Assembly: GCA_965116885.1 (NCBI GenBank)
Contig: OZ220741.1
Coordinates: forward strand, 5,216,001-5,280,000
Direction of reading: 5' to 3'
DNA: 64,000 nt
Source of the DNA: Candidatus Latescibacterota bacterium
Lineage (GTDB): Bacteria > Latescibacterota > UBA2968
Notes under the pieces: model-generated
Database searches by the model: none
Told to the model about the DNA's origin: nothing
Seen by the model: the letters and a program-made list of their open reading frames with translations, nothing else
Shown: positions 1-9,582 of the stretch, piece after piece
Layout: each line of letters begins with the position of its first letter
Numbering within the stretch: position 1 is the stretch's first letter
Translations under genes and position numbers: made by a program

Positions 1-23
1 CCCTTCTGCAACGGTCTTTTTTC

Positions 24-52
24 TTGAATAATATACAAATGTGCAGTATATT
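24..52 (+). promoter_or_regulatory. sigma70-type promoter with overlapping inverted repeat (candidate operator)
   Basis: TTGAAT (24-29), 17 bp, TATATT (47-52); AATATAC (30-36)/GTATATT (46-52) is a perfect 7-bp inverted repeat. Confidence 0.55.
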
Positions 53-87
53 CTTTCAAAATATTGAAACGAACAGAAGGCAAAAAT

Positions 88-861
88 ATGCCATCATTGC
101 ACATTGACGAGACCAGTGTAAGATCGGTGCTCATCCCTCAAAATCCACCCGGCGAACCCATAACGGAATACACACTCAACCCCTATTCCGGCTGTGGCAT
201 GGGATGTGCCTATTGCTATGTAATGAAATTTCCATTCGCCTACGAATATCCCAAAGCATGGGGTGAGTGGGTACAGCCAAAGATGAACGCGCCTTTTTTA
301 TTGGGCAAGGCGCGTGCCAAAATTTATGGGCGAAAAATTTTCATGGGATCCGCGACCGACCCCTATCAATACATTGAGCGGAAATATCGATTGAGCCGAC
401 GCTGCTTAAAAGTGCTGGTGGACTGCAATTTAAAGGCTCTAACCGTGCATACGCGTAGTCATCTGATTTTGGACGACCTGGATTTGTTAAAGCAATTTGG
501 CAGTCGATTGCGGATAGGATTTTCCGTGCCGACGAACGACGACCGAGTTCGCAAACGCACAGAGCCAAAAGCACCGAAAATCGGCGTGCGTCTCAAAGCG
601 ATGAAACAATTGCGCGAAGCTGGCATTCGCGTCACCGCATCGCTCGCCCCCGTACTGTATTGTCAACCGCGCCAATTCGCCGAACAAATAGCCGAAGCAG
701 CCGACGGGGTATATTTTGGCAAGATGGATTATACGGACAGGACTGGAATAGCGTCCATGCCAAGAGCGCGACGCTATTTTAACAGTCTGACATATCGAGA
801 ATTGATTGCAGAACTCAAAGCGGAATTAATCAATGTGGGAATGTTGAAAAACGAAAAATGA
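88..861 (+). CDS. Radical SAM protein, spore photoproduct lyase-like (SPL/Rv2578c family)
   Basis: LNPYSGCGMGCAYCY (CxxxCxxC), ATDPYQ..E motif; ATG at 88 after AGAAGG preferred over TTG at 64. Confidence 0.85.
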   Translation: MPSLHIDETSVRSVLIPQNPPGEPITEYTLNPYSGCGMGCAYCYVMKFPFAYEYPKAWGEWVQPKMNAPFLLGKARAKIYGRKIFMGSATDPYQYIERKYRLSRRCLKVLVDCNLKALTVHTRSHLILDDLDLLKQFGSRLRIGFSVPTNDDRVRKRTEPKAPKIGVRLKAMKQLREAGIRVTASLAPVLYCQPRQFAEQIAEAADGVYFGKMDYTDRTGIASMPRARRYFNSLTYRELIAELKAELINVGMLKNEK

Positions 862-868
862 TTTACCC

Positions 869-2278
869 TCATCCTCCTCCACTCGCCGCCGTAATAAATC
901 GCCTCTCCCTTTGACTTTTGAGCACCTGTCGTTCAATTTCCTCTGGATCACCCCAAATTTCCAATAGCCGCTCGCGCATAGCATCGCGTATTTCTCGGTG
1001 TTGTGCCGACTCTGACAGATCGTTAAACTCATTCGGATCTTCTGCAATATTGAACAACTCGAGCGGATCTCCCGGGCTCATATTGAGTTTGTAATCGCCC
1101 TTCTTAAGCATACCCACGGGACGGATAACACCGTGCGCGAGGTATTCGCAAAAGGCTTCATCCTTCCACGTCTCAGTCTCACCATTGATCAGTGGCAAAA
1201 GGCTATCGCCATCCAGAGGCGCAATATCCATCGAAGCGCCAGAGGCTTCGATTATGGTAGCCACGAGATCAACGAGTGAAACATTTTGCGCGACGCGCAA
1301 ACCACCCGGAATATGCCCGGGCCAAACAATCTGAAGAGGCACGCGGGAGGACGCTTCATACATATTTGATTTGCGCCACATACCGTGTTCACCATTCATT
1401 TCCCCGTGATCTGAGGTATGCACGATAATCGTATTTTCAAGCTGACCGGTTTCTTCGAGCGCATCGATGAGCCGGCCTATTTTTTCGTCCAAATACGTGA
1501 TAAGCCCGTAATAACCCGCGCGTCCTCTGCGCACGAGTTCCTCGGGAAAATCAGTCATACCAAACATCAGGCGCAGGCGTTTGTAAACCGGGTGCATATT
1601 TTCCAGATGGCCTTCGGGGACATCGGGCATATCGATTTGATCCCGCGGATACATGTCCCAAAACCGCCGCGGAACCACAAGCGGAAAATGGGGTGCAATA
1701 AACCCCACATTGATACACCATGGCTGTTCTTTGCGAGCGGGATCTTTGATATACGCGAGAGCAGCCTCTTCAACCTGATCATCAACCTGTATCTCAGTCG
1801 TTGTACCCGGCCCCGCTTGTGCAATACCATTCCATGGCTTTTTCGCCTCAACAACCCCCGCATCCCAATTGCCCTCGCCGCGCGGAACCCCATTCTTTGT
1901 CCACAATTCCGCATGCAAATCGCGCGCGAGTTGTGTGCGAAAACCGTGCAATTGATCGAGACCACAAAAGTGCTGTTTACCCGATATCACAACATCGTAA
2001 CCGACATTTCGCAAGCGATGCGCCCACGTAACCGTATCCGACGACATGGGAAAACCATTGTCATAAGTACCGATACGACTGATATAACGCCCCGTCATAA
2101 ACGACATGCGCGATGGACCGCAAATCGGCGAATTACAATAGGCATTATCAAACGTGACCCCCATATCGGCCAGGCGATCCATATTGGGCGATTGCACCAG
2201 TGAATGCCCGTGAATACTGCTGTATTGAGGGGCGTGCTCATCAGACATAATAATCAGAATATTGGGCTTATCAGACAT
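869..2278 (-). CDS. Sulfatase (choline-sulfatase-like, Cys-type)
   Basis: PNILIIMSDEH N-terminus, CGPSR formylglycine motif, GKQH, SDHGE...WRKSNMYE. Confidence 0.9.
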   Translation of the reverse strand: MSDKPNILIIMSDEHAPQYSSIHGHSLVQSPNMDRLADMGVTFDNAYCNSPICGPSRMSFMTGRYISRIGTYDNGFPMSSDTVTWAHRLRNVGYDVVISGKQHFCGLDQLHGFRTQLARDLHAELWTKNGVPRGEGNWDAGVVEAKKPWNGIAQAGPGTTTEIQVDDQVEEAALAYIKDPARKEQPWCINVGFIAPHFPLVVPRRFWDMYPRDQIDMPDVPEGHLENMHPVYKRLRLMFGMTDFPEELVRRGRAGYYGLITYLDEKIGRLIDALEETGQLENTIIVHTSDHGEMNGEHGMWRKSNMYEASSRVPLQIVWPGHIPGGLRVAQNVSLVDLVATIIEASGASMDIAPLDGDSLLPLINGETETWKDEAFCEYLAHGVIRPVGMLKKGDYKLNMSPGDPLELFNIAEDPNEFNDLSESAQHREIRDAMRERLLEIWGDPEEIERQVLKSQRERRFITAASGGG

Positions 2279-2293
2279 AAATGCTCCTGTTCT

Positions 2294-3331
2294 TCACGCC
2301 GAAATCACATCCACAGGTTCACCGGCATGATCGGCGAGTGCGGTATCAAAAATATTTTCAAGCGTACACTGCGGTTCGTATCCAATGAGTGTGCGCGCCT
2401 TGCTATTATCAGACCAATAGACCCACTGCATGGGAACCTCAACCGCAAAAAGGGGAACACCCGTTATCTCCGCGAGATACTCTGCAACCTCGGGAAAAGC
2501 GAGCGGCCGGTAAATCGGCGCATTGAACGCCTCGCCAACCGCAGCGGGATGGTCCAGCGCACAAATACACGCCCGCGCAGTATCGCGTGCATCAGAAGGC
2601 GACCACATCCACGGACGCCCCTCGCGACCGGTAACAGCACATGGTTGATCGGGACGCTCGGCGCGATCGAGCATATCCCGTGCAATAGCCGCGCCATCGG
2701 GATGATAAATACCACTTTCCGGATTATTCGCAGCATCGCGGATGCGCCCTGCCACAAACTGAACATTCCAACGCCCCAGCACTTCTTTGCCCGCAAACAT
2801 GCCAGAAGGGCGAATAATGGACAATTGGAGATCATGTCCATTCATATAGCCTTCGGCCATTGCTTCGTTGATATATTTCAGCGTGCCATAAAGCCCACGC
2901 GGGCGTTTGGGATGGATTTCATTCACCGGCTGATAACAGGGCGGAATATGCTGATTGCCCATCGGATAAACCGCATCGGTACTGACATGTACAAACCGGT
3001 GGAGTTTATCGGCAAATGGTACTGCCGCTTCAAAAAGATTGTACGTACCCGTAACATTAATCTCGTAAAACGTCTGATTATCCATACCGCGCGGTGGACC
3101 CAGAATATTTGCCGTATGGACAACCGCATCTACCCCATCTACAATACCGCGACACAACGCCGCATCTCTAAGGTCGCCTTCGATCTTTTCAATATCAAAT
3201 GGATCGAGTTTGAATTTCTTGGGATCGTCGGGAAGAATCAGCGCGCGAACATCATCTCCGCGCTCAACCAACTGCCTGACCACATTCGCGCCCAAACGCC
3301 CCGTAGCACCCGTAACGAGGATTTTACTCAT
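2294..3331 (-). CDS. NAD-dependent epimerase/dehydratase (extended SDR)
   Basis: ILVTGATGRLG Rossmann motif, HVST, YGTLK catalytic YxxxK. Confidence 0.88.
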   Translation of the reverse strand: MSKILVTGATGRLGANVVRQLVERGDDVRALILPDDPKKFKLDPFDIEKIEGDLRDAALCRGIVDGVDAVVHTANILGPPRGMDNQTFYEINVTGTYNLFEAAVPFADKLHRFVHVSTDAVYPMGNQHIPPCYQPVNEIHPKRPRGLYGTLKYINEAMAEGYMNGHDLQLSIIRPSGMFAGKEVLGRWNVQFVAGRIRDAANNPESGIYHPDGAAIARDMLDRAERPDQPCAVTGREGRPWMWSPSDARDTARACICALDHPAAVGEAFNAPIYRPLAFPEVAEYLAEITGVPLFAVEVPMQWVYWSDNSKARTLIGYEPQCTLENIFDTALADHAGEPVDVISA

Positions 3332-3362
3332 AGTTTACCTCTGATAAATTCTCTATCTGTGT

Positions 3363-4220
3363 TCACACTTCTACCTTCTCCCCCGACACCTGCGACTTCT
3401 CGAGCGCCTCGAGCACAGCAACAGGCGTGAGAATTGAGCCATCTGTCTCATCTGTCTCACCCGTACTGAACATGCGGCAAAAATCGAGAACACCCGTCAG
3501 ATACGTATTCTCATCGTATCCAATCACGCGATCAGCGCGTCCCTTTTCCCCAATCACAGAAACGTGGAAACCCACGCGACCCTCGCCGATGAGATTCATC
3601 GTTGAAATCGCGCCACTCGCAGAATAAAGCGTCGCCGTGTGATTTTGCTCCCCGCGATTGAGCTGTACATGCGTAATATCTTGATCGAGCAAGCGCACGA
3701 CCATATCGACCTGATGAATCCCATAAAAAAAGACACCGCCGTATTCAGAATCAATATCGCAAGGCCCTGTCGAAACAACTGAAATAATGCGCCCGAGTTC
3801 TCGAACATCCTCTTGCAACTGTGCGAAAGACGCCTGCTTGGGCAAAACTGAAAAAGAACACACAGGCACATCGAGCTCACGCGCTCGAGCCAGAAACTCT
3901 CTGCCTTCATCAAGACGATAGCAAAACGGCTTATCGACAAAAAGTGGAATTTTGGCCTCCAGCAACGGACGCACCGCGAGCAGGTGATATTTGGGGTGGC
4001 GATGATCCACAATAGCCGCATCGACCTGCCCAATCATATCTTCGGGCTCCTCCACAATATTGGGAATCAGCCCTCGATCCTGTGCATCTTTCGCATCGTC
4101 CGGCGTCTCTCCCCAAACATGGGTAACACTAAAACCGGACACCAGTCTATCAATATTAATCGTCTTTGCAATCGCCACCGTATGGCTATTCTCCGCCCCA
4201 ATAATACCAATATTAGGCAT
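3363..4220 (-). CDS. Gfo/Idh/MocA family oxidoreductase
   Basis: IGIIGAENSH N-terminus, FVDKP motif, FYGIH. Confidence 0.8.
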   Translation of the reverse strand: MPNIGIIGAENSHTVAIAKTINIDRLVSGFSVTHVWGETPDDAKDAQDRGLIPNIVEEPEDMIGQVDAAIVDHRHPKYHLLAVRPLLEAKIPLFVDKPFCYRLDEGREFLARARELDVPVCSFSVLPKQASFAQLQEDVRELGRIISVVSTGPCDIDSEYGGVFFYGIHQVDMVVRLLDQDITHVQLNRGEQNHTATLYSASGAISTMNLIGEGRVGFHVSVIGEKGRADRVIGYDENTYLTGVLDFCRMFSTGETDETDGSILTPVAVLEALEKSQVSGEKVEV

Positions 4221-4240
4221 CGTATTACTCCTTTTGGTTG

Positions 4241-4350
4241 TCAGTTATCAGCGATCAGCCCCACCCTGCCCCTTTTTTGTTCATCTGCGGATCAAACGGC
4301 GGGCGACCCGGTGGGATCGCCCCTACACATCTGCGTCATCTGCGGATCAA
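4241..4350. repeat. Composite intergenic repeat: TCAGnnn heptamers, GTAG-type REP and ATCTGCG direct repeats
   Basis: TCAGTTA TCAGCGA TCAGCC (4241-4260); minus-strand GTAGGGGCGATCCCACCGGGTCGCCC (4301-4326); TCATCTGCGGATCAA at 4281-4295 and 4336-4350. Confidence 0.75.
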
Positions 4351-5588
4351 CTCCACAGCCTATCATTCACCTGTTCCTCATCCCACGCATCTGTCGGTTC
4401 AAAATAGCCCGGCAAATTGGGATTGATGTGCTCTTTAATCGCTTCTTCATTCAAATCAACGCCGAGTCCGGGTGTGTCGGGCACCTGAATATAACCATTT
4501 TGAACAATGGGATTGGGCAGACCCGTAACGAGCGTATTCCACGGTGGATAATCAACGGCGTGGCATTCCAGAACCAGAAAATTATTTGTCGCAGCCGCGC
4601 AATGCACACTCGCCATCGTCGCAACCGGCGTCGCCGCCATATGCAGAGCCATCGCAATACCGTGTTCTTCCGCATAATCCCCAATCCGCTTAGTTTCGAG
4701 AATCCCCCCCGACGTGGCGAGATCCGGATGAATAATAGAAACGGCCTTATTATGGATCAACGGCTTGAAATGTTCCAAAAGATAAATATCTTCACCCGTG
4801 CAAACCGGGGTCGCTGTTGCGTTCTTGAGGCGCGCCCATTGATCGGTCAGTTGCCATGGAATCATATCTTCCAGCCATGCGAGATTAAACCGCTCGAGTG
4901 CGCGCGCAAGGCGAATACACGACTCCACATTGATATGCCCAAAGTGATCCGCAGCCAGAGGAATCTCATACCCCACAATATCGCGCACAACTTCTACATA
5001 CTGAACGAGAACATCAATCCCCTTATCGGTAAACTGAATACCCGTAAAAGGATGCATAACCTGCGAAGTTTCCAGCATGCCCGCGGGGGAAGACACCGTA
5101 CCCGAAATATCTTTGAGCAAACGCACACCAATATCCATCTTCAAAAAAGTAAAACCCTGCTCCATACGCGCCTTCAAGCGATTGCCCATCTCTTCGGGAT
5201 CCGGCGTTGTGTGAGTATCGCAATAAATGCGGATCTGATCGCGAAATTTCCCACCTGCGAGCTGATAACAGGGCACGCCATAAGCCTTACCCGCCAGATC
5301 CATCAAAGCCATCTCCACGCCGCACACACCGCCCCCCTGCCGCGCATGCCACCCGAACTGTTTAATCTTGCGAAACAGCTTATCCACATTGCAGGGATTT
5401 TCACCCAAAAGCTGACGCTTCAGTTGCAAAGCGTAAATATGACTGGCCCCATCTCGCACCTCTCCCAAACCATAAATACCCTGATTGGTATCCAGGCGAA
5501 TGAGCGTAGAGCGCATAGGCACACCGGAAATATTGACAACGCGCATATCGGTAATTCTGAGATCTGATGGGGATGAATGAGTATTCAT
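4347..5588 (-). CDS. Mandelate racemase/muconate lactonizing enzyme family protein
   Basis: GVEMALMDLAGKAYGVPCYQLAGG, WLED, TGED, PGLGVDLN. Confidence 0.9.
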   Translation of the reverse strand: MNTHSSPSDLRITDMRVVNISGVPMRSTLIRLDTNQGIYGLGEVRDGASHIYALQLKRQLLGENPCNVDKLFRKIKQFGWHARQGGGVCGVEMALMDLAGKAYGVPCYQLAGGKFRDQIRIYCDTHTTPDPEEMGNRLKARMEQGFTFLKMDIGVRLLKDISGTVSSPAGMLETSQVMHPFTGIQFTDKGIDVLVQYVEVVRDIVGYEIPLAADHFGHINVESCIRLARALERFNLAWLEDMIPWQLTDQWARLKNATATPVCTGEDIYLLEHFKPLIHNKAVSIIHPDLATSGGILETKRIGDYAEEHGIAMALHMAATPVATMASVHCAAATNNFLVLECHAVDYPPWNTLVTGLPNPIVQNGYIQVPDTPGLGVDLNEEAIKEHINPNLPGYFEPTDAWDEEQVNDRLWS

Positions 5589-5612
5589 AAAATTCTCCTG
5601 TGTCTTCTTATA

Positions 5613-6818
5613 TCACGGTCGCATAGGCGATCCATCCGGTGCCCGCGTTTGCGTCCACTGAATAATCTCATCTTCGGGCGGGTATTTTGCAGCGAGAACT
5701 TCGTCAATATCAATGCCCAGACCGGGATTATCGTTCGGATACATATAGCCCTCGCGCACCTCGGGCAAACCGGGAAAAATATCATAGACGAGATCGTTGA
5801 AACGACACCACTCCTGAATGCCGAAATTGGGCGCCCACAGATCCAGATGTAAATTTGCCGCGTGACCAACAGGTGATGTATCGCCAGGTCCATGCCACGC
5901 CGTTCGCACATTGTACATATTGGCATAAGCAGCGACATTGCGCGCCGGGGTAATCCCCCCCATCTGGCTGACGTGCATGCGAATAAAATCAATGAGCCGA
6001 TCTTGAATAAGAGGCATCCACTCGTGCGGATGATTAAAAAGCTCACCCATCGCCAGGGGTGTGGCACACTGCGCGCGCATGTGGTGAAAATACGCATTGT
6101 CTTCCGGCGCGAGCGCGTCTTCCAAAAAGAAAAGTTTAAAAGACTCTACATCTTTGGCGAACTGGATCGCATCAACCGGACGCAAACGCTCGTGAATATC
6201 GTGCAAAAGCTCAATCTCAGGCCCGATCTCCGCACGCACATGCTCAATCATATCGCACATGCGGCGGCAATATTCTCGCGGGTGATAATAAGCACCATCG
6301 GGCGCACCATCGGGTTTTTGAATCGTATCTGACTGACCGCCGTACCCACCCATCTGCACGCGGATGTGGCGATAGCCCTGTGCCATATAATGACGCACGC
6401 TATCCACCACTTCGTATTTGTCGCGGCCACTGGCATGAGCATACGTATCTGCTGCCTCTCGACACTTCCCACCCAGAAGTTGATACACGGGCATACCCGC
6501 GCGTTTGCCCTTAATATCCCACAACGCCTGATCCACCCCCGATATGGCATTATTGAGCACAGGGCCGTTGCGCCAGTACCCATTGACCATGCTCATCTGC
6601 CAAATTTCCTCAATGCGATCTACGTCGCGTCCAATAACAAAAGGCTTGAGATGCTTTTCAATAGCCGTACGCACCGCGTGAAATCGCTGCGTAAATGTCG
6701 CGCATCCCAACCCGTAAAGACCGGGTTCTGACGTAATGATTTTGACAATAACGAGCCGCGAACCCGCAGGCTGCGTCACAATGGTTTTGACATCTTGAAT
6801 GGTTACAATTTCTGGCAT
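5613..6818 (-). CDS. RspA/ManD-like acid-sugar (mannonate) dehydratase, enolase superfamily
   Basis: GLYGLGCATF, YWRNGPV, LLHDIHERL, FFLED, MGE, WHGPGDTSPV, FGIQE. Confidence 0.85.
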   Translation of the reverse strand: MPEIVTIQDVKTIVTQPAGSRLVIVKIITSEPGLYGLGCATFTQRFHAVRTAIEKHLKPFVIGRDVDRIEEIWQMSMVNGYWRNGPVLNNAISGVDQALWDIKGKRAGMPVYQLLGGKCREAADTYAHASGRDKYEVVDSVRHYMAQGYRHIRVQMGGYGGQSDTIQKPDGAPDGAYYHPREYCRRMCDMIEHVRAEIGPEIELLHDIHERLRPVDAIQFAKDVESFKLFFLEDALAPEDNAYFHHMRAQCATPLAMGELFNHPHEWMPLIQDRLIDFIRMHVSQMGGITPARNVAAYANMYNVRTAWHGPGDTSPVGHAANLHLDLWAPNFGIQEWCRFNDLVYDIFPGLPEVREGYMYPNDNPGLGIDIDEVLAAKYPPEDEIIQWTQTRAPDGSPMRP

Positions 6819-6833
6819 ATCTACTCCAATCTT

Positions 6834-7874
6834 TCACAGTCCTTCGGGCAACGCGAGATCAAAGCGCCGCGCGGCTTTGCGGAGTTTTTCCGCTGTACCC
6901 ATCGGAATGGGAATACCTTCGGCAGAGCGTTCGGCAAGGGTGCGATTTTCGGGTTCCCCGGGCATGAGAATATCGTCAAAGCCATCTGCTCTCGGCAGTG
7001 CTTTGAGTTCATCAATCAGATTATCGACGTGGTCTTTATAATCATCCAAATCAACAAAAAAGGAAATATCAATCGCAGCGACAATGCCGTTTTGCTTTTT
7101 CAAACTCTCGCCCCCGCGCAATACGGGAACGAGCAGAGGATTATCGACCATCAAACTGGACAAACACTGAAAAATAAGGGCAAGACCCGATCCCTTAGGA
7201 CCACCTGCCGGACGCAGGATAACCCCCTTACGCGCATCCGTCGTCGGATTGCCCGCGGCATCGAGTGCCCAGTCTTCGCCCAGCGGCACGCCCTTATCCT
7301 GCGCGAGCTGAAGTTTGCCCCCCGCTGCCACACTCGTCGCCATATCGAGACTGATGGGATCGCGTTTATTCGCCGGAACTGCAACGGCTATCGGACTATT
7401 GTGTACGCCCGCTACCTTCGCGCCAAAAGGAGCCATATTGGGCGGACTACAAACAATGGCAATACCCGCAAATCCCTCCTGTGCCGCCATCAAAGAATAA
7501 TAAGCCATTGCGCCCTGATGCGTGACATCGCTGAGCAACACCCATCCGATCCCCACATTTTTTGCCTTCTCAATGGCTTTTTTCATCGCAGGAACAGTCG
7601 CCACAGGTCCAAGAGCGCGGTCACAGGCGATATGGGCAACCGCTGGTGACTCTTTCACGACGCGAATATTGGGCCGAGGATTCATCGCGCCTGTCTCAAT
7701 ATTGTTGAGATACGAAATAATGCGCAAAACCCCGTGCGAGTCAACCCCGCGCAGATTCGCCCAAATAAGCACTTCTGCTTCTATGGCGGCGTCTTCGGGC
7801 GGCATACCTGCGTTTTCAAAAACCGATTGGATAAACGGTTCAAGGTGTTCTGCGCGAATGCGAATGTCCGACAT
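6834..7874 (-). CDS. Ldh_2 family (malate/lactate/ureidoglycolate) dehydrogenase
   Basis: GVDSHG, DMATS, GGPKGSGL, MPGEPE. Confidence 0.9.
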   Translation of the reverse strand: MSDIRIRAEHLEPFIQSVFENAGMPPEDAAIEAEVLIWANLRGVDSHGVLRIISYLNNIETGAMNPRPNIRVVKESPAVAHIACDRALGPVATVPAMKKAIEKAKNVGIGWVLLSDVTHQGAMAYYSLMAAQEGFAGIAIVCSPPNMAPFGAKVAGVHNSPIAVAVPANKRDPISLDMATSVAAGGKLQLAQDKGVPLGEDWALDAAGNPTTDARKGVILRPAGGPKGSGLALIFQCLSSLMVDNPLLVPVLRGGESLKKQNGIVAAIDISFFVDLDDYKDHVDNLIDELKALPRADGFDDILMPGEPENRTLAERSAEGIPIPMGTAEKLRKAARRFDLALPEGL

Positions 7875-7905
7875 GGCAATCCTTTCTAATAGGCTTCAAG
7901 AGACC

Positions 7906-7970
7906 TTGACTTTGAAAATTTTTTCCGCTATGCTGTCTGACAAATTAGTTTCGCGTTTTTGAAGCGTCAA
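7906..7970. promoter_or_regulatory. Pair of closely spaced sigma70-type promoters for the divergent catabolic operons
   Basis: + strand TTGACT(7906-7911)-17-TATGCT(7929-7934); - strand TTGACG(7970-7965)-17-TAATTT. Confidence 0.55.
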
Positions 7971-8022
7971 GATAATAAATGCCAATGGTAAAAAAGAAAA
8001 ACAACTTCTGGAGGGCCTACTT

Positions 8023-9582
8023 ATGAAACAGAGCTTTGAATATTATCGGACATTGCGAAAAGAGATGGATGCGTGGTTAGATCAGAGCCGTCGCATGGAC
8101 CCGCCGAGCAGGCATGGCGGAGGCGAAGACGAAGCGAACTATTCGCTGGCCTGGTTCCCCCACTATCTCATCACCGGAAATGACGGGGTGCGAGAGCACT
8201 TTGAACACCTGCGCGATATGCTCGCCGGATGGGTGGAACGGGACTGCCTGCACGGTTATGAACCCGAAGCCGAAGCCCATCACGGAACCGAACCGTTTCT
8301 GCTCTTTTTGCCGCGTTACCTCGGATTATTTCCAGAAGATGAAAAAGCAAACGCACTACTACAAGACGCTGCCGAACACATCGGCAACTGGGTCGAGGGC
8401 ATCCCAGAATGGTTTGACTGGGAGCGCAACCGGTTTTACGGATATTATATCGGCACGCGCACAGTCGGGCGAGACGACGGCTACGACGCCGAAATTGCCG
8501 AGCACTTCCGCTTTGTCCACATTGCCCTTGCCGCACACAGAATGACGGGGCAAGACCGGTACCTGGACTGGGCTTTGCAATACGGCAAGCGCCGGGCAGA
8601 AATGATTGTCGCCATACCAGATGGTCCCTTGCCCATTGCCTGGGATGCAAATGGACAACCGAGATTTGGCAGGCAGGCAACTGGACAACAAAAAAAGGCG
8701 GCGCAAGCCGGGCATCACGTCCCTGGCGACCCGCTCATCGGAGTCGAAGTCCTGCTGGCTTCCGGCGTCATATACGCCCTGGGAGATCTGTTCGAAGCAT
8801 CTGGAGACGCTGTATTTCACCAGGCGGCGCGGCGAATTGCAGAACCCATGGTCAGCGAATTGCTGGACCCGTATTCGGACCCCGGCGCAGCGGCGATCTC
8901 CTATTTTCGACGACAATTCTCCGATCCCTCCCTGGATGATGCAATCCAAGCGCAAATCGCGCGTTTTCCCGACCTACAAGAAGGCGAATTGGCAATGGTC
9001 TTCCCACAGGATCGCCGGCGCGATTGGCCCGGCGTGGGCAAGCGCGCCGACATGACGTATTGGGGAATATGGAATCGCGATGGCTCCGTAACGCCCACAA
9101 CAGAACCGAGCACAGCGGCACTAACGCTGGCCTATCAGGTGACGGGTGATGAACACTATGCCGAACGCGCATTAAAACAGGCGGCAGACAAGCTGACGAT
9201 GGTACGTCGGGTGCTGCGCGGTGGTAGAGAACACGCCGATATGGGTGGCGCAGTCTGTTCGACAGCGGCTGGACACGGACGCAACTGGGGCATTGGACCC
9301 GTAACCGGATGTTACGGCCCATTGCTTTTGGGCACGCGAGAAGTAAAAAGCAAAGTGACGCCAACAGTCGAAGTAAAACACGCCAATGGCGAGCGTGGCG
9401 TTCCCAATCAAATCCTTCCACTCGTGATCCATTCCGGAACAGATGTGGATGGCGTGATGTTTTACAATGGCGGCGACTCAGACATCTCATTTTCGTGGCG
9501 ATTTGAGAACAACGGATGGCAGGTCCTCACCGTGGAAGCCGACGCAGTTGTCAATGTGGAACTGACAGGGGTCCTGGCATGA
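8023..9582 (+). CDS. Hypothetical 519-aa protein, possibly (alpha/alpha)6-barrel fold
   Basis: Long ORF with GGAGG RBS; repeated helical motifs (TGQDRYLDWA, SGDAVFHQAA, TGDEHYAERA) like six-hairpin glycosidase-type proteins; ATGA overlap with next gene. Confidence 0.7.
   Translation: MKQSFEYYRTLRKEMDAWLDQSRRMDPPSRHGGGEDEANYSLAWFPHYLITGNDGVREHFEHLRDMLAGWVERDCLHGYEPEAEAHHGTEPFLLFLPRYLGLFPEDEKANALLQDAAEHIGNWVEGIPEWFDWERNRFYGYYIGTRTVGRDDGYDAEIAEHFRFVHIALAAHRMTGQDRYLDWALQYGKRRAEMIVAIPDGPLPIAWDANGQPRFGRQATGQQKKAAQAGHHVPGDPLIGVEVLLASGVIYALGDLFEASGDAVFHQAARRIAEPMVSELLDPYSDPGAAAISYFRRQFSDPSLDDAIQAQIARFPDLQEGELAMVFPQDRRRDWPGVGKRADMTYWGIWNRDGSVTPTTEPSTAALTLAYQVTGDEHYAERALKQAADKLTMVRRVLRGGREHADMGGAVCSTAAGHGRNWGIGPVTGCYGPLLLGTREVKSKVTPTVEVKHANGERGVPNQILPLVIHSGTDVDGVMFYNGGDSDISFSWRFENNGWQVLTVEADAVVNVELTGVLA

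Noticed and set aside
88..861. Radical SAM gene as anaerobic sulfatase maturase for the adjacent sulfatase
   Set aside because: Too short, no SPASM cysteines, SPL-like motifs, convergent orientation
1418..7649. Long + strand ORFs (1418-2203, 2204-3430, 3984-5567, 6795-7649)
   Set aside because: Antisense shadows of well-supported minus-strand enzymes; no motifs or RBS
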